A stretch of 57,907 nt of DNA, taken from an uncultured Nitrososphaeraceae archaeon (GTDB lineage Archaea > Thermoproteota > Nitrososphaeria > Nitrososphaerales > Nitrososphaeraceae). The translations under genes were made by a program, and so were the position numbers. Location: NCBI GenBank assembly GCA_963825865.1, contig CAWGVG010000052.1, forward strand, positions 1 through 57,907, read 5' to 3'. Of this stretch, positions 21,231 through 32,542 are shown in pieces (positions within the stretch are counted from its first letter, which is position 1; the number at the start of each line of letters is the position of its first letter). A model generated the notes under the pieces. The model made no database searches. It was given only the letters and a program-made list of their open reading frames with translations, and was not told the DNA's origin.

Positions 21231-24200
21231 ATGCAGCCGATAAGTTTGGCATTTGCCGTCGTATGCGTTATGCTTCTTGTTCTTAATCCTTTTCAGTTAA
21301 TATGGTCGCACCCTGCTGCTTCTACACGTTCCGTTCAACACGCAATTGCAAGAAGAATTGATAAGGCTGCTGCGGAACAAGAAATAGAAAACGTTATTTC
21401 AGCACTTAACGGAGTGCAAGCTTTTGGCTTTGGAGGCAAAGATTCCTTTGGCAAACCCATCACTCCCATTCTTGATGGACCTATTGGGTAGCGGCGTGAT
21501 TTACACACAACTTTTTCAGTTTTCAGATGGCAGTTATACTAACCCCTACAAAAATTCTGTCGAGAAGATAAGGAATACTGATGGTACTTCATGTTTTTAT
21601 GTTGCATATACAGATCCTAAAAGCCCGTACTGGTATGACAATTGGAATACAGTAGAAACTGATGACGCGAATTACGGTGTAGTATCAAAGGGTAGTTCTT
21701 TCAGGTTTTGGGCGGGTGACTCCAGACCCCTCTCTGATATGTTAAGTGGAAATCCTAGCGGCTATGCTACTAATTGGAATCCTTATTCATCAGGCATAGC
21801 TGAAGCAGGGCCTTGGGAACACTTACAGAAACCCTTCGTTGTTCTTAAACCAGGCACATCAGATACATTTGGAGCTACTTTCCCTCTTGGTAGAGGACCT
21901 GCTCCACACTGGTTCAAGGTATGTTTAGATCAAAATGGTCAACCGACAATTGATCGCACACACAATTCTGCATTGTTGCCGGTCAACCAAACAACAAAGG
22001 ATCCAGGTTGGTGGCAGAATTACCGTGGACTTTGTAGTAATTTCTTAGGCTGTGAATGGGCACCGGGAGAAGAATGGGTCTGTAATACAGCTGATCCTAA
22101 TAGCTGCCGAGACCAGTTTCCTCCAGGAGGAACACGGCTGATATGCACTAATCCTCAAAATGATACTAACCAAGATCCTCATACTAATCCTAATTGTGTT
22201 CGTACTTATTATCGGCTAAATAACGATTACAATCAGTTGGACAATCCCCAATGCAGTGATGGGTGCATTGCTTGGCCTTCTGGAGTTGCGACTGGAGTTA
22301 TTACTCAAGGGTGGAGATCTGGACAGGACGGTTCAGGAACCCATTATACTCCGTGGTCTGATAATTACCATGGAAACTTCCCGCCAGAACGGTCAATAAA
22401 GGACACGTCTGAATGCAGCGACCTGTTGTCTTTTGGCTTTGCAAAGGCTTATTGCAATGATGTGGAATTTGGTTTGTGGCCAGATTCTCAATCGAGGAAT
22501 CTTGCCTCAAATTTTTCATCAACTTTATGTAACTATGATCCGGTACATGGATCTCCTCACCCTGATAACCCATGTCCAACACATTCTGGCTTAGGTGCGA
22601 ATGTATGGACAGAGATTGAACAATGGCAAGTTCCACTGGGATATAGGCCAGATCCTGGAGACAGAGGTACCCTTATCGGAAGAAAGATTGTGGACATGGC
22701 TCATGATGACGACCATTTCGAATTGCATCCTATAGAGGCAGCAGAGAGTACCTTTTTGCAGACTGGGCCACTTCAACGATATGAACCATACGTGGCGATT
22801 TCGCCCGATCAAAAATACGAACCAAATCAATTTTCCCCATTCACCATTAGCAGCGACGCTGCTTTTCCATCAATAGCCAATTACACTGTAAATGGCTACG
22901 CTAGATTGTACATGGCTTGGCTTGGTACAGACTCTGCAATTCACTTCAGCTCCTATGATGGAAATACCTGGACACCAGACCAACAGGCTACAACAACTGG
23001 AGTCGGTGTGGGTCCATCTTTGGCCACATACAATGGTAGATTATATTTAGCTTGGAAAGATCAGGACAAAGGGATTCATGTTAGCTCATGTTCTACTCCT
23101 TGTCTTGACATGAATAGCTGGACACAAGCGTCGACGTTGGTACCAAACATCGGCAGCAGCGTTGGTCCCTCATTAGCTGTTTACAATGGCAAATTATATA
23201 TGGCCTGGAAAGGGATCGGATTAGATAATAGAATTTGGTTTAGTAGTTATGATAGTTCTTCATCAATACCATTAACAGATCAATTACAGCGGCAGCAACC
23301 AACCACTTTTGCCATTCATGCTGACACTATCCCATCGTTAGTTGGATATAATGGTTTATTGTACATGGCTTGGGAATATACAGACAATTCAATTCATTTT
23401 AGCTCATATGACGGAAGTAATTGGACAACTGAACAAACTGGTTCAGATACTAATACAGTCTTCACAACTGGCGTAGGACCATCATTCAGCTACTTTCAAG
23501 GACAAATTGTACATGACTTGGAAAGATCAAGCTGCAGGGATATGGTATAGCTCGTATGATGGAAATAGCAATAAATGGTCAACCGAGACGATGGCGCCAG
23601 GGCATGGTGTAACTTTTGCGACCGCTGATCTCCCATCATTAGCTACGTTCAACAACAAATTGTACATGACTTGGAGAGATTCGTTGACCTGTAACTCTGG
23701 ACCTATTACTATCTGTGTGCCAGCACACATTTACTATAGTTCATTTGACGGGCAGAACTGGCAGACGGGTATGGGAAATCTTCCAACTATATCAGAGCAT
23801 TGGAATGCTTATACCCATGGAAACAATGCAGCAGTAACAAAACTTGTCGTGACTCAGGATTGGCAAGGTAACCCGCTAGAGTTTGACGTCTGGCCTCCTG
23901 CTAGGCCCGATGCCAGCTCCAAGATGCACTGGCAACATGATGAAGTATATCATCCGATTAATCCCGCCGATCATCAACCTTACATCAATGTCACAATCAC
24001 TGAATTTCCAGATCATCTTCATGTAAAAATAACTCCTAATATTGCATTGGATGCATTTTACTTTGATACTGACGTTCCAGATGGTGTACACCTAGACTGC
24101 AACTGTATTAGCAGAGAAGTAGTTTACTCTTTCATGTTATGGTGGGAGGCACCCTATTCATATTCTTCACAATTTGGCTCTTTAGGGTACTGGTAATGGC

Positions 24201-25097
24201 CAATTTGGTAACAATTCGGCTTATCATACCAAAGGTCCATTTAGTGTTGCATTTGACCATTCTGATCCTGTTGATGGTTCTGTGCTGTATGTGACCGATC
24301 CTGCTAACAATAGAACACAAAAATTTACTACCGCAGGTACATTTGTTAAGAGAATGGGGCAAGGCCGGTAGCGGAGTCGCTGACATGAGTCATCCCTTTG
24401 GTGTACTGTCAATCCTGTTACACATAATGTTTACGTGACTGATGATGATCATCATCGCGTTCAGGAATTTACAGACGTTGGAACCTGGATCAGAAACTGG
24501 GGTGGATACGGAAATGCCACAGAAAATGGAAAATTCGATCACCCTGAAGGCATTGCTGTAGATCCATCCGGTCAGTTTGTTTACGTCGCGGACGATAATA
24601 AGCATATACAAAAGTTTACTTCCGATGGTCAGTTCGTAATGAAATTCGGTTCTCCTGGAGAAATCAATGGGAGTTTCTATTCTGTTCCTAAGGGTTTGGC
24701 TGTTGATTCCTCTGGCAACATTTATGTTTCAGACACTCACGACTTTCGTGTCCAAAAGTTTAATAGCAATGGAAATTTCATCGTGACAAAATGGACCAAA
24801 CAAGGTGGGCAACCAGGCTCTGGCGACGGAGAATTTGCTCCGAGTAGTGTAGACGGTGGAGGTCCGCACGGGATTGCTGTTGACCATGAAGGTAATGTGT
24901 ATGTTGCAGATACAGGTAATAATCGAATACAAAAGTTTTCAAGTGATGGGACTTTTTTGGCAAAATGGGGTTCTTACGGCACAGCCGAAGGCCAATTAAA
25001 TGAACCTATGGGTGTTGTAGTTGATCAATCTGGTAACGTTTACGTAGCTGATTCCTGGAATTTTCGTATTCAGATATTTGTACCGTCTTCTCCTTGA
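21231..25097 (+). CDS. Large secreted multidomain protein (~1290 aa if frameshifts are repaired): signal peptide, Cys-rich region, five GPSLAxYNGxLYxAW propeller repeats, C-terminal NHL propeller
   Basis: ORFs 21231, 21424, 23507 and 24435 join by single-base shifts, e.g. QFGSLG|TGNGQF at ~24185. NHL motifs PxGIAVD..GNVYVADxxNxRIQKF are present. Confidence 0.75.
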
Positions 25098-25833
25098 AAC
25101 ACACTACAGTCATGGTCGGCTCAGCTTCAATCTATCGATATAATCGTGGCTCATCAACACACAATACCATCGCCGATGTTTGTTACAATGGTGCAGGATT
25201 GCAGGTTTCAGTCGAATCTAACAACATGATTAATGTTTGCGATCGGTGGCTCTCGTAGTCGTAACATGGTAAAGGCAAATTTGCATAATCATTTTTTGAA
25301 AATCTAACTGATAGACGCACGTAGACAAGGCTGGTTAATTCTTTCTAGGTTAGAGTCATTTCCACCTTATAGCAAAAAAAAGAATATTTATTGCATGTAA
25401 CGGGAAAGTCTTAACCATACTATCGCAGGAGACAACAAATTACAAGATTCTCCGAAGTGCTCTTCGATAGATTATGTTGTACAGATATTTTCTAACAAAG
25501 ATTTGAAGACAGGGATTTATCACTGCCGTCGCTACTGAGAAAGCACACGCTGCATTCATCAGAGGGGGAATACCAATGCATATCGCTTGATTTTCAACCA
25601 CAACCGTTGTATTCCCATTATTTTTTTATTGCATTTATTGCATCGCCTAATCCTGTAGCAACGAGATCCTTTGTAAAAATCAATCGCTTCGGTAGTTAAA
25701 GCCCTGTTCGCCAACTGGTTTGTGATTTTTGTGTTAACATTTTCGGATTGTATCTTTAACACTTCAATTAGTATTGCATTATTGATATTTGAAGCAACAA
25801 TCGCCAGAATGTGCTATTAGTCTGAAGAGGTTA

Positions 25834-26946
25834 TTACGGAGGAGCACAAGCTATAACAACAGATGGACATTTCTCAAATGCCACCCTGTGTATAAGATGA
25901 CCCGGTCTTGACCCTGACAGACTTTTATAAAATATGTGAAAGTCAGCGTTAAAAGTATTGGGGTCTCCTACATTGTCATAAAACAGAGCATAGGGACGAC
26001 TATCTAAATTACCACCTAAATCTTCATTAGCTAAATTTTGTTTCCCCGTTTTGGCGTCGAATACTGCATGCCATAAATGATGATTTAGCCCTGCATAGAA
26101 TATATCAACGCCACGATGAGCGTCTACAACAGGAGCTGAAGAAAGGTCCAGCTGTAAATCTGTGAGTTTACCCGGAGGCGAACCGCCTGGCAATTCATAT
26201 TGGTAAAGGACATACGGGCAGGCTGGAGATCCTATTGTTCCATGTGGACAGCCTGGAGCCGGCCCGGCAAAATATATATCAATCCCATTTGACCCCTGCA
26301 CAACAGACGGTCTTGACCAAGGCGCTTGATCCAACAAAATGTTTCCTAAATCTTGCTTGATGGGAACCCATCCGTTTTCTAAAGACCACGTTGTACGCCA
26401 CAGATGACCGTCAGTACCACCATAGTAAATGTCAAAACCGTTACCATGAAGAATACATACTGCTGTAGGCGGCGTTCCAACTCCCTCACCTAGATCTTTT
26501 ACACTAGTAGGGTTATTTCCCCAATGCCAAAGATGGTTGTCAGTACCCTCATAAAAAAGATTAAGGTGATTGGGAACACCGCAAGAAACAGCTGAAGCAC
26601 CTGTGCCCTGAAAAGATGAAGTTTTTATGGGAGCTGGGCCTACCCAACAATGACAACTATTGGCATTCGAAGGATTCCATTCAAAGATTTTATCAAATAA
26701 AGTGCCCCCTGGACCTTGATAAATTACATCAAGTCCACCTCGGTCTTCTGAGTGAGCAGGAGATTCTACTGATACAGTAGGAGATGAAGTCATTTCGCCA
26801 CCAAGGTCTTCTTCGTTAGTAACACTAAGAAATGCTTTTACATTTTGCAAAATGGGCAAGTTCAAAATTATTACAACTAACGCTAATAAAATCAAAGAAA
26901 ATGTGAAAACTTTTGACAAACCTCTCATAGTATGAGGTTTTTCCAT
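25834..26946 (-). CDS. Secreted beta-propeller protein resembling PLL/fucose-binding lectins
   Basis: Signal peptide ending VKA; repeats LNLFYEGTDNHLWHW, FDIYYGGTDGHLWRTTW, VDIFYAGLNHHLWHAVF with (E/Q)DLG linkers. Confidence 0.7.
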   Translation of the reverse strand: MEKPHTMRGLSKVFTFSLILLALVVIILNLPILQNVKAFLSVTNEEDLGGEMTSSPTVSVESPAHSEDRGGLDVIYQGPGGTLFDKIFEWNPSNANSCHCWVGPAPIKTSSFQGTGASAVSCGVPNHLNLFYEGTDNHLWHWGNNPTSVKDLGEGVGTPPTAVCILHGNGFDIYYGGTDGHLWRTTWSLENGWVPIKQDLGNILLDQAPWSRPSVVQGSNGIDIYFAGPAPGCPHGTIGSPACPYVLYQYELPGGSPPGKLTDLQLDLSSAPVVDAHRGVDIFYAGLNHHLWHAVFDAKTGKQNLANEDLGGNLDSRPYALFYDNVGDPNTFNADFHIFYKSLSGSRPGHLIHRVAFEKCPSVVIACAPP

Positions 26947-28120
26947 ATACGATAAAAGTATTAGTTATTTATAAGTGTTGAATCTTATAAACTAATCACG
27001 GAACACATTGACATAGTTAACAAAAAAAGGGGCAGATCAAGAAATAAGGAAGTTTGACAATTCTTAATCCTGTCCTATTCCTAATCCTGTCAAGGACTAT
27101 TCCATTTGCAAAGATAAGGTGCATGCTATGAAAGCTACGGGTCTAGCAATGTACATTATTCGATTTGAATGAATATAGAAAAGACGCTGAACACAAACGT
27201 CACTATAACAGGCTTTGCAATGTTCCTAATTACACCATTATTCTATAGTATATGTATATCTTTGATCGTTGCTGCTATTGCGATTGTTCTTTGATTTGTT
27301 GTGATGAGTGTATCAATTGTTGGCCTCGTGCCGTTCTCTTTACAAAGTGACGCCAACTCGCTAGAATATAATATGGAACCATAGTTATCATTATTGTTAA
27401 TAGATTTATTGCTGTGGGTATGGAACCTATGATATCTGCCTAAGCGTTTTGTATTGCTCAAACATTGTTATTATAAGTTACATACACTAATGAAAATGTC
27501 TCTGGTAGCATAGTTCATCCTTTTTTTAACTATCTATTTTGACGGTTATTAGTAATTTGAGGAATTATTAGATCTCTAATAATAGGAAAAGTATCATCAA
27601 CTGAAATACACGTGCTGCAGGACAGCAAAAGTATTCTTTCAGATCAGATATCAGATTAAGTGTCCTTCAGCAATAGAAAAATTATGTATACGCGAATAAT
27701 AGTTTATTGAGCAATTTATTAGATACGTGGGTGGTTTCTGAAAATATTATAATCAAATCAAGTAACTACAGATTTAAGACTATTGGTTCAGCCGGCACAT
27801 CGAATTTTGTGTTAAATAGATATCAATTTGTCAAATATGCATTAAAGGCGGTTATTAATTGGATGCTCTACGGATACACACTTTTACCATTTCGTCGAGG
27901 ATGAATTATCCTCACAGTGGGGTTTAGACCATTCTGTAATGATGTTAAATTATATGTTTGGGGTACTCTCATCATACAATGTTTGAATGTTGGAAAGTGA
28001 TATGGATCACATTTATTTTCAGAAAGAAATTTCATGGAAAAAATTAGGAATTCTGTAAATAGGCTTGTTGAAACCATTAATCAGAGAAGGAAGAAAAAAG
28101 CACAAGTCGCAGTCAGGGCT

Positions 28121-28672
28121 GATGATCGATACTTATCTAAGGATTCATTCCTTTGAATATTACTTGCTTTTCCATCATTGTTATTAATGTCGTGGCAATC
28201 TCAGACCGTTGGAAATATCTGACCTTCTAGTTTTTGGATATTGCAATCCAGTAGTCTTAAAAGATCTTTTATCAGCTTCCAGAGTTCTATTTTATAGATA
28301 TCGATATCAAGGTCCTGATAGTTTGTAGAATATCCTTTGTACCCATCTTCTTGCTGTCCAGTTTTATAATAGTTAATTAAGATACCTTGTACTTTTTTTA
28401 GTGATTTACCTATTTTGTGTTGTGGTGTATAAGATTGGTAGTTATCAGGATCTTTATTCAAAATAATCGAATATGCCAAGAGAGATGGATCAACTTCTGC
28501 TGCATCTAATTGTTTGAATGCTCTTAGTACATTGAAAGTCAAATCAGGTTTATTATTTTTATAATCGTCAATCAGCTGGCAGAATACCTGATTGAAAAAT
28601 GGAGGCCTATCTCTTTTTTTGCCTTCCATTCCCTTTACGATCACTTTACCATTTGATTGAATACCTATGTAA
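28121..28672 (-). pseudogene. Family-B DNA polymerase C-terminal fragment, copy 2 (direct repeat of 20225-20820)
   Basis: YIGIQSNGKVIVKGMEGKKRDRPPFF; 28403-28566 matches 20549-20712 at 163 of 164 bases. Confidence 0.85.
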
Positions 28673-28707
28673 CTTATTATATTGTCATTCTGCAGCATAA
28701 AATATCT

Positions 28708-28900
28708 TTAAACTCTCTGATTATTGTCGTTGAATTCATCCTTTAATTCTTTGTTTTCTGGCATACGACTACCGATGTATTTTTTCTTTAGTTTCTTGCT
28801 TTCAGTATCTTTCCAGTATGCATAGTAGTAAGGCCCATGTTTTTGTTCACACATCTGCTTACCGCACTTAATGTATTCCTTTCTCACTGTTGCCGCTGAT
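28708..28900 (-). pseudogene. DUF6788-like Cys/His protein, C-terminal part
   Basis: ATVRKEYIKCGKQMCEQKHGPYYYAYWKDTESKKLKKKYIG; the upstream part is frameshifted. Confidence 0.65.
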
Positions 28901-29530
28901 TTGGCTCTATTAGCACAAGCAAGCTGTCTTGATTTTATTTTATTTATGAACTTGGTCGCTCTATCTGTATGGCCACATTGAACGTAAGAAGGCTATTTTT
29001 TCCTGTTACCATTTTGCTCTTACTCTATGGCAGCAGCTAAAATATCTCCACCACCTCCACTACCTCCACGTTCGCTTGTCAATAGGAGCGAGATTTGAGC
29101 TTCTTTTAGTGGAGTTATTGTAATTAGATATCTCCATCAATAATGAGAGATTATTTAAATTCTATTCAGCTAACGATGATGGCATATCGATGTATGACAA
29201 TAATCCTGTTTTATTCTACACTGCTGTAGTATATTATATGTAATGTCTGTAATGTAATCAAATCCAATTATGTCCATCAGGTATGCAATCCACCTTTGAC
29301 GTGGATCTCTTTCACGAATTTGATACCGTCTGCAAGAGAACTGCTTTCTACGTTGTGTAGATTTTGGATGCTCGCTAGACTTTCATTTAGTAATTGTTTA
29401 GGACTATTATTATGCCATTTTTTGAAATCCCGATGATCAACTGTTATTTGTTTTATTGAGGGTCAAATAGAATCAAAGATGCATAATATAAAATAAAGGG
29501 AATTTAGCTATATTCTTTAGAGTTAATGTC

Positions 29531-29591
29531 CTGTACTAGCAAATGCTGCCGCACGGATCATGTGTCTGTCCAACTGTACTAGCAAATGCTG
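29531..29591. repeat. 18-bp direct repeat with a 25-bp spacer
   Basis: CTGTACTAGCAAATGCTG at 29531-29548 and 29574-29591. Confidence 0.9.
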
Positions 29592-29712
29592 TGTGCGTTT
29601 CAAACATTCCTAATGCTGCTCCAACTGCTATACTCAGTCCCAATCCTATACCAATTATGACTAGTTTTGGATGTGTGGATATTGCATTTAGAAGTTTTTG
29701 TTTTATTAACAT
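29536..29712 (-). CDS. 58-aa precursor-like peptide: HPKL-type leader ending AFA plus a 14-aa core
   Basis: MLIKQKLLNAISTHPKLVIIGIGLGLSIAVGAALGMFETHTAFA-STVGQTHDPCGSIC*. Below the ORF-track size cutoff; a TATA-like TTATATA lies upstream. Confidence 0.7.
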   Translation of the reverse strand: MLIKQKLLNAISTHPKLVIIGIGLGLSIAVGAALGMFETHTAFASTVGQTHDPCGSIC

Positions 29713-29821
29713 ATTTGTATCACATGAACCTTGCGTAGTATATAATGCGGTGTAGACAATAACTATTATTTTTCAGTTGCATAGCTTAGCAATTTCTATA
29801 TAAGCCATTATGTAACAATGA

Positions 29822-30898
29822 GACATAATTCTATGTTAGGTGACAGTCCGGATAAAAGCTACGCTGGGTATGCGGCCTGTAAATTGATTCGAGCCTTGTC
29901 CATTATATCCACCGTGAGTCCTCTCATACACCAGCTTGATTCATAAAAAACCATTCTCGCTTGTCAAATTGATATATTTATTCTGGAGGTACCCTTAAGT
30001 CTAATTCGTGTTGAGTGAGCTCGTGCGCACATTATTTATAATTCAGTGTGTTAGAGATCATGTGATGATAGAAGATTTTTATTCTCAGTTATATTAGGCA
30101 GTTAAATCGATTGCGGTCATCATATCCAGAATCAGCAGCCATGTAATGTACTCCTTGTGGAAGTGAGGATGTTATTGTGGGATATATCTGATTATCTTGT
30201 ACATTAGCTCGTGTAAAGTCTGCTGATAGAGGTACTATGAGCGAACCAGTACTTGCTGTTATGTGGAGTTTATAACCAAATATCCAACCTTTGGTGTGAC
30301 TGAATCCCCATCTAGCATCTGTATCTATACCTAAACGTGGGACTATTCCTTTATTCATAGATGATTTGTGCCAGAGATGTCCTTTGGCTCTAAGCAATGT
30401 ACTATCTATTGCAACAATGTATGGGTCAACCAATCTTTCATTTACAAATAGATTTCCCATAGTTGATATCCTTTCTTTGGTGTCTACAGATATTGTCGAA
30501 AGTCTTCTGTCAAATGTCCTTCTGTCAGGAAGACTGGTTAATCCACATGCTTTCAACACCTTTCTGTTATATGGATAACAATCCATGGAAAGATAATCAT
30601 GTAATGCTCTGTTAGAATCAAATCTCAGCCATATCCTAACTACAAAACAACGTAGTATTACAGTTGGAGGATATACAAATGGTCTACCTCTTCTCTTTCT
30701 CTGAGATTCTGGCCAACGTATCAACCCTATCAAATATAGAATGCTAATTAAGATGGATTCTGATGATGTAATATTTGTTGTAGCTAGCCTTTGTGACTGT
30801 TTGAAGGTTTGTCACCACAAAACATCAGATATCCTGAGGTTAGCTTTATACCAAATCATCAATGGAAATTGGCAAAACTATGAACAGGGAATTATGCC
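29822..30898 (-). mobile_element. Degraded IS with a DDE_Tnp_1-type transposase (IS4/IS5 superfamily)
   Basis: Imperfect IR GACATAATTCTATGTT (29822-29837) / AACAGGGAATTATGCC (30883-30898) around a truncated transposase. Confidence 0.55.
30089..30733 (-). pseudogene. DDE_Tnp_1 transposase, truncated after the second Asp
   Basis: RGRPFVYP, LPDRRTFDRR, VAIDSTLL, DTDARWG...FGYKLH and ADSGYD, then unrelated sequence. Confidence 0.85.
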
Positions 30899-31396
30899 CC
30901 AGCCTCAACTAACTAACTAACTATATGTGCCACAGCGATACGTATTGTGAAGCTTATACGCGCGCGTACCGCGATCAGTGGGCAGTTTTAGAAAACAGTG
31001 GAAATGTACATAACAACAGCTTTGCTAGTAGGTACAGATCAGAATGAAGCCGCTTCTGTAAATATACAAGGAAATAATAATAATAATAAAGTGAACATAT
31101 GACAAGCTGAATAATCGCATCAAAGCTTTGCTAGCGGCGAGTTAGATTTTACACCGGGACATATGGTTTTAGGTTCTCCTAGTGGTAGTAATAGTGGCGC
31201 AGATAATCCGAGGTGCGTCTTACTTTATGCCTCTATAAAGTAAATAATTTTCCTTCTTTTTTAGGTTGCTTATGTTGGTCAGCTTAAATGAGCTACATTT
31301 TCATTTAGCCTGCCAATAACTAAATAACAGAGCAGACAACATTAGGGGAAATTAATCATCACTAATAGCGCCCAAGGATAAAAAAATAAAAATATC

Positions 31397-31714
31397 TTAA
31401 ATTAAATGATTTTCGCTTATCTTAAGCCATTCTATCTTTTCTTGGTAATTGGGCATGTATCTACGCACATGATCCCAATAATGATAAGAATGCTCCTTTA
31501 TTTTCAAATGACATATCTCATGCAATATTATATAATCAACAACCTCTTCGGGAGCCTTTAGAAGGTTTAAGTTGAGGTTAATTGAGCCTTCTTTTGTCAT
31601 ACTGCCCCATCTATTTTTCAAGTTCTTTATAACAATCCTTTCTGCTTTAACGCCAAGTTTTTTTGAATATTCTTCTACTTTGTGTTTGAATATGGATTGC
31701 GCCTTTTCTATCAA
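31397..31714 (-). pseudogene. YgjP/DUF45 (SprT/M48-like) zinc metallopeptidase, C-terminal half
   Basis: KNRWGS...NLNLLKAPEEVVDYIILHEICHLKIKEHS..YW; the N-terminal half is absent. Confidence 0.8.
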
Positions 31715-32121
31715 CCAATCTTCGTAGAGTTTTTTGATTGACGTGTATATACGGTTGTCTTAAAGGTATGACCATAGCGAATGAAATCTGCAGTATACTC
31801 TGCAGCTGCCCCTACTTTGCTCTCTCCTTCCCTCTTTCTTTGACTTTCAATCTCGCGCTTCTTTCGTAGAAATAGAATTAGTGCCGTAACATGGTCACAA
31901 TTATTGCCATCGCCGGCTTCACATGTACAGCCAATAGTTACGTCCAATTCCATAGCACCAGATTGTGTTAAGGCACCAGATTGTGTTAAGGCACCAGATT
32001 GTGTTAAGTTTACTGTATAGAGGTTTGAATCTTCCTTATAGCGATACAGAGTTAGATGGTGACACACGCCGTCTCCACCGATATCCGATATAAAATGTTG
32101 GGCATCAAATGTTATCTGCAC
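31711..32121 (-). CDS. SWIM zinc-finger-containing protein, probably chimeric or partial
   Basis: CTCEAGDGNNCDHVTALIL fits CxC-xn-CxH. Confidence 0.6.
   Translation of the reverse strand: MQITFDAQHFISDIGGDGVCHHLTLYRYKEDSNLYTVNLTQSGALTQSGALTQSGAMELDVTIGCTCEAGDGNNCDHVTALILFLRKKREIESQRKREGESKVGAAAEYTADFIRYGHTFKTTVYTRQSKNSTKIG
31955..32008. repeat. Perfect 18-bp tandem repeat x3 (LTQSGA)
   Basis: GCACCAGATTGTGTTAAG at 31955, 31973 and 31991. Confidence 0.95.
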
Positions 32122-32158
32122 TCATCCGCATGACGAGTGTGTAAGTGAAGGCGACTAG
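32102..32158 (+). pseudogene. 3' remnant of an ICTHP-motif secreted protein gene
   Basis: ASNVICTHPHDECVSEGD* matches QNLICTHPSSTCVSEG of 33539-33877 and is followed by the same downstream element. Confidence 0.7.
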
Positions 32159-32190
32159 AATAGCAGACTGTAGCTGCTACTACGTGGTAA

Positions 32191-32233
32191 GGTAGTTCTT
32201 TATTACTACTACCATGGCCTTTTTTCTTTTTTT
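32191..32233 (+). terminator. Conserved hairpin plus T-tract after the ICTHP remnant
   Basis: GGTAGTTCTTTATTACTACTACCA, identical to 33898-33921, followed by an oligo-T run. Confidence 0.6.
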
Positions 32234-32542
32234 GTTTCTACACAAAATAAAAATCTATCTGCAAACGCTTTTGCTTGTTTTAACTTGGTTTCAGGATAAC
32301 TTTTATTCGCTTAACACGCTGACACCAACAGTGTAAGTATTGGAGGATTGGAATGTAATAGTGTCATGCTGTGTTCGGTACACCATCTCTTTTTATTTCA
32401 ATGTGCAACTCAACGCTCTAAAACCACAATATGAGTGTATAGAAAGAACAAACTTATGACATAACAGGTTCAGAAACCAATTGCAAGATATCAAAAGACG
32501 TAAGAAAGCTATCCTACTTGCTACTACGTTTAGTCTGTTGTA

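Noticed and set aside
20225-28672. DGR template/variable repeat pair
   Set aside because: The mismatches are mostly synonymous and not adenine-specific, and there is no reverse transcriptase in the window.
29531-29591. Repeat-spacer-repeat as a CRISPR unit
   Set aside because: Only two 18-bp copies, inside a coding sequence, with no leader or cas genes.
30907-31090. (CTAA)4 and (AAT)n microsatellites and a decayed secreted-protein-like stretch
   Set aside because: Low-complexity sequence that is common in this genome; no supportable call.
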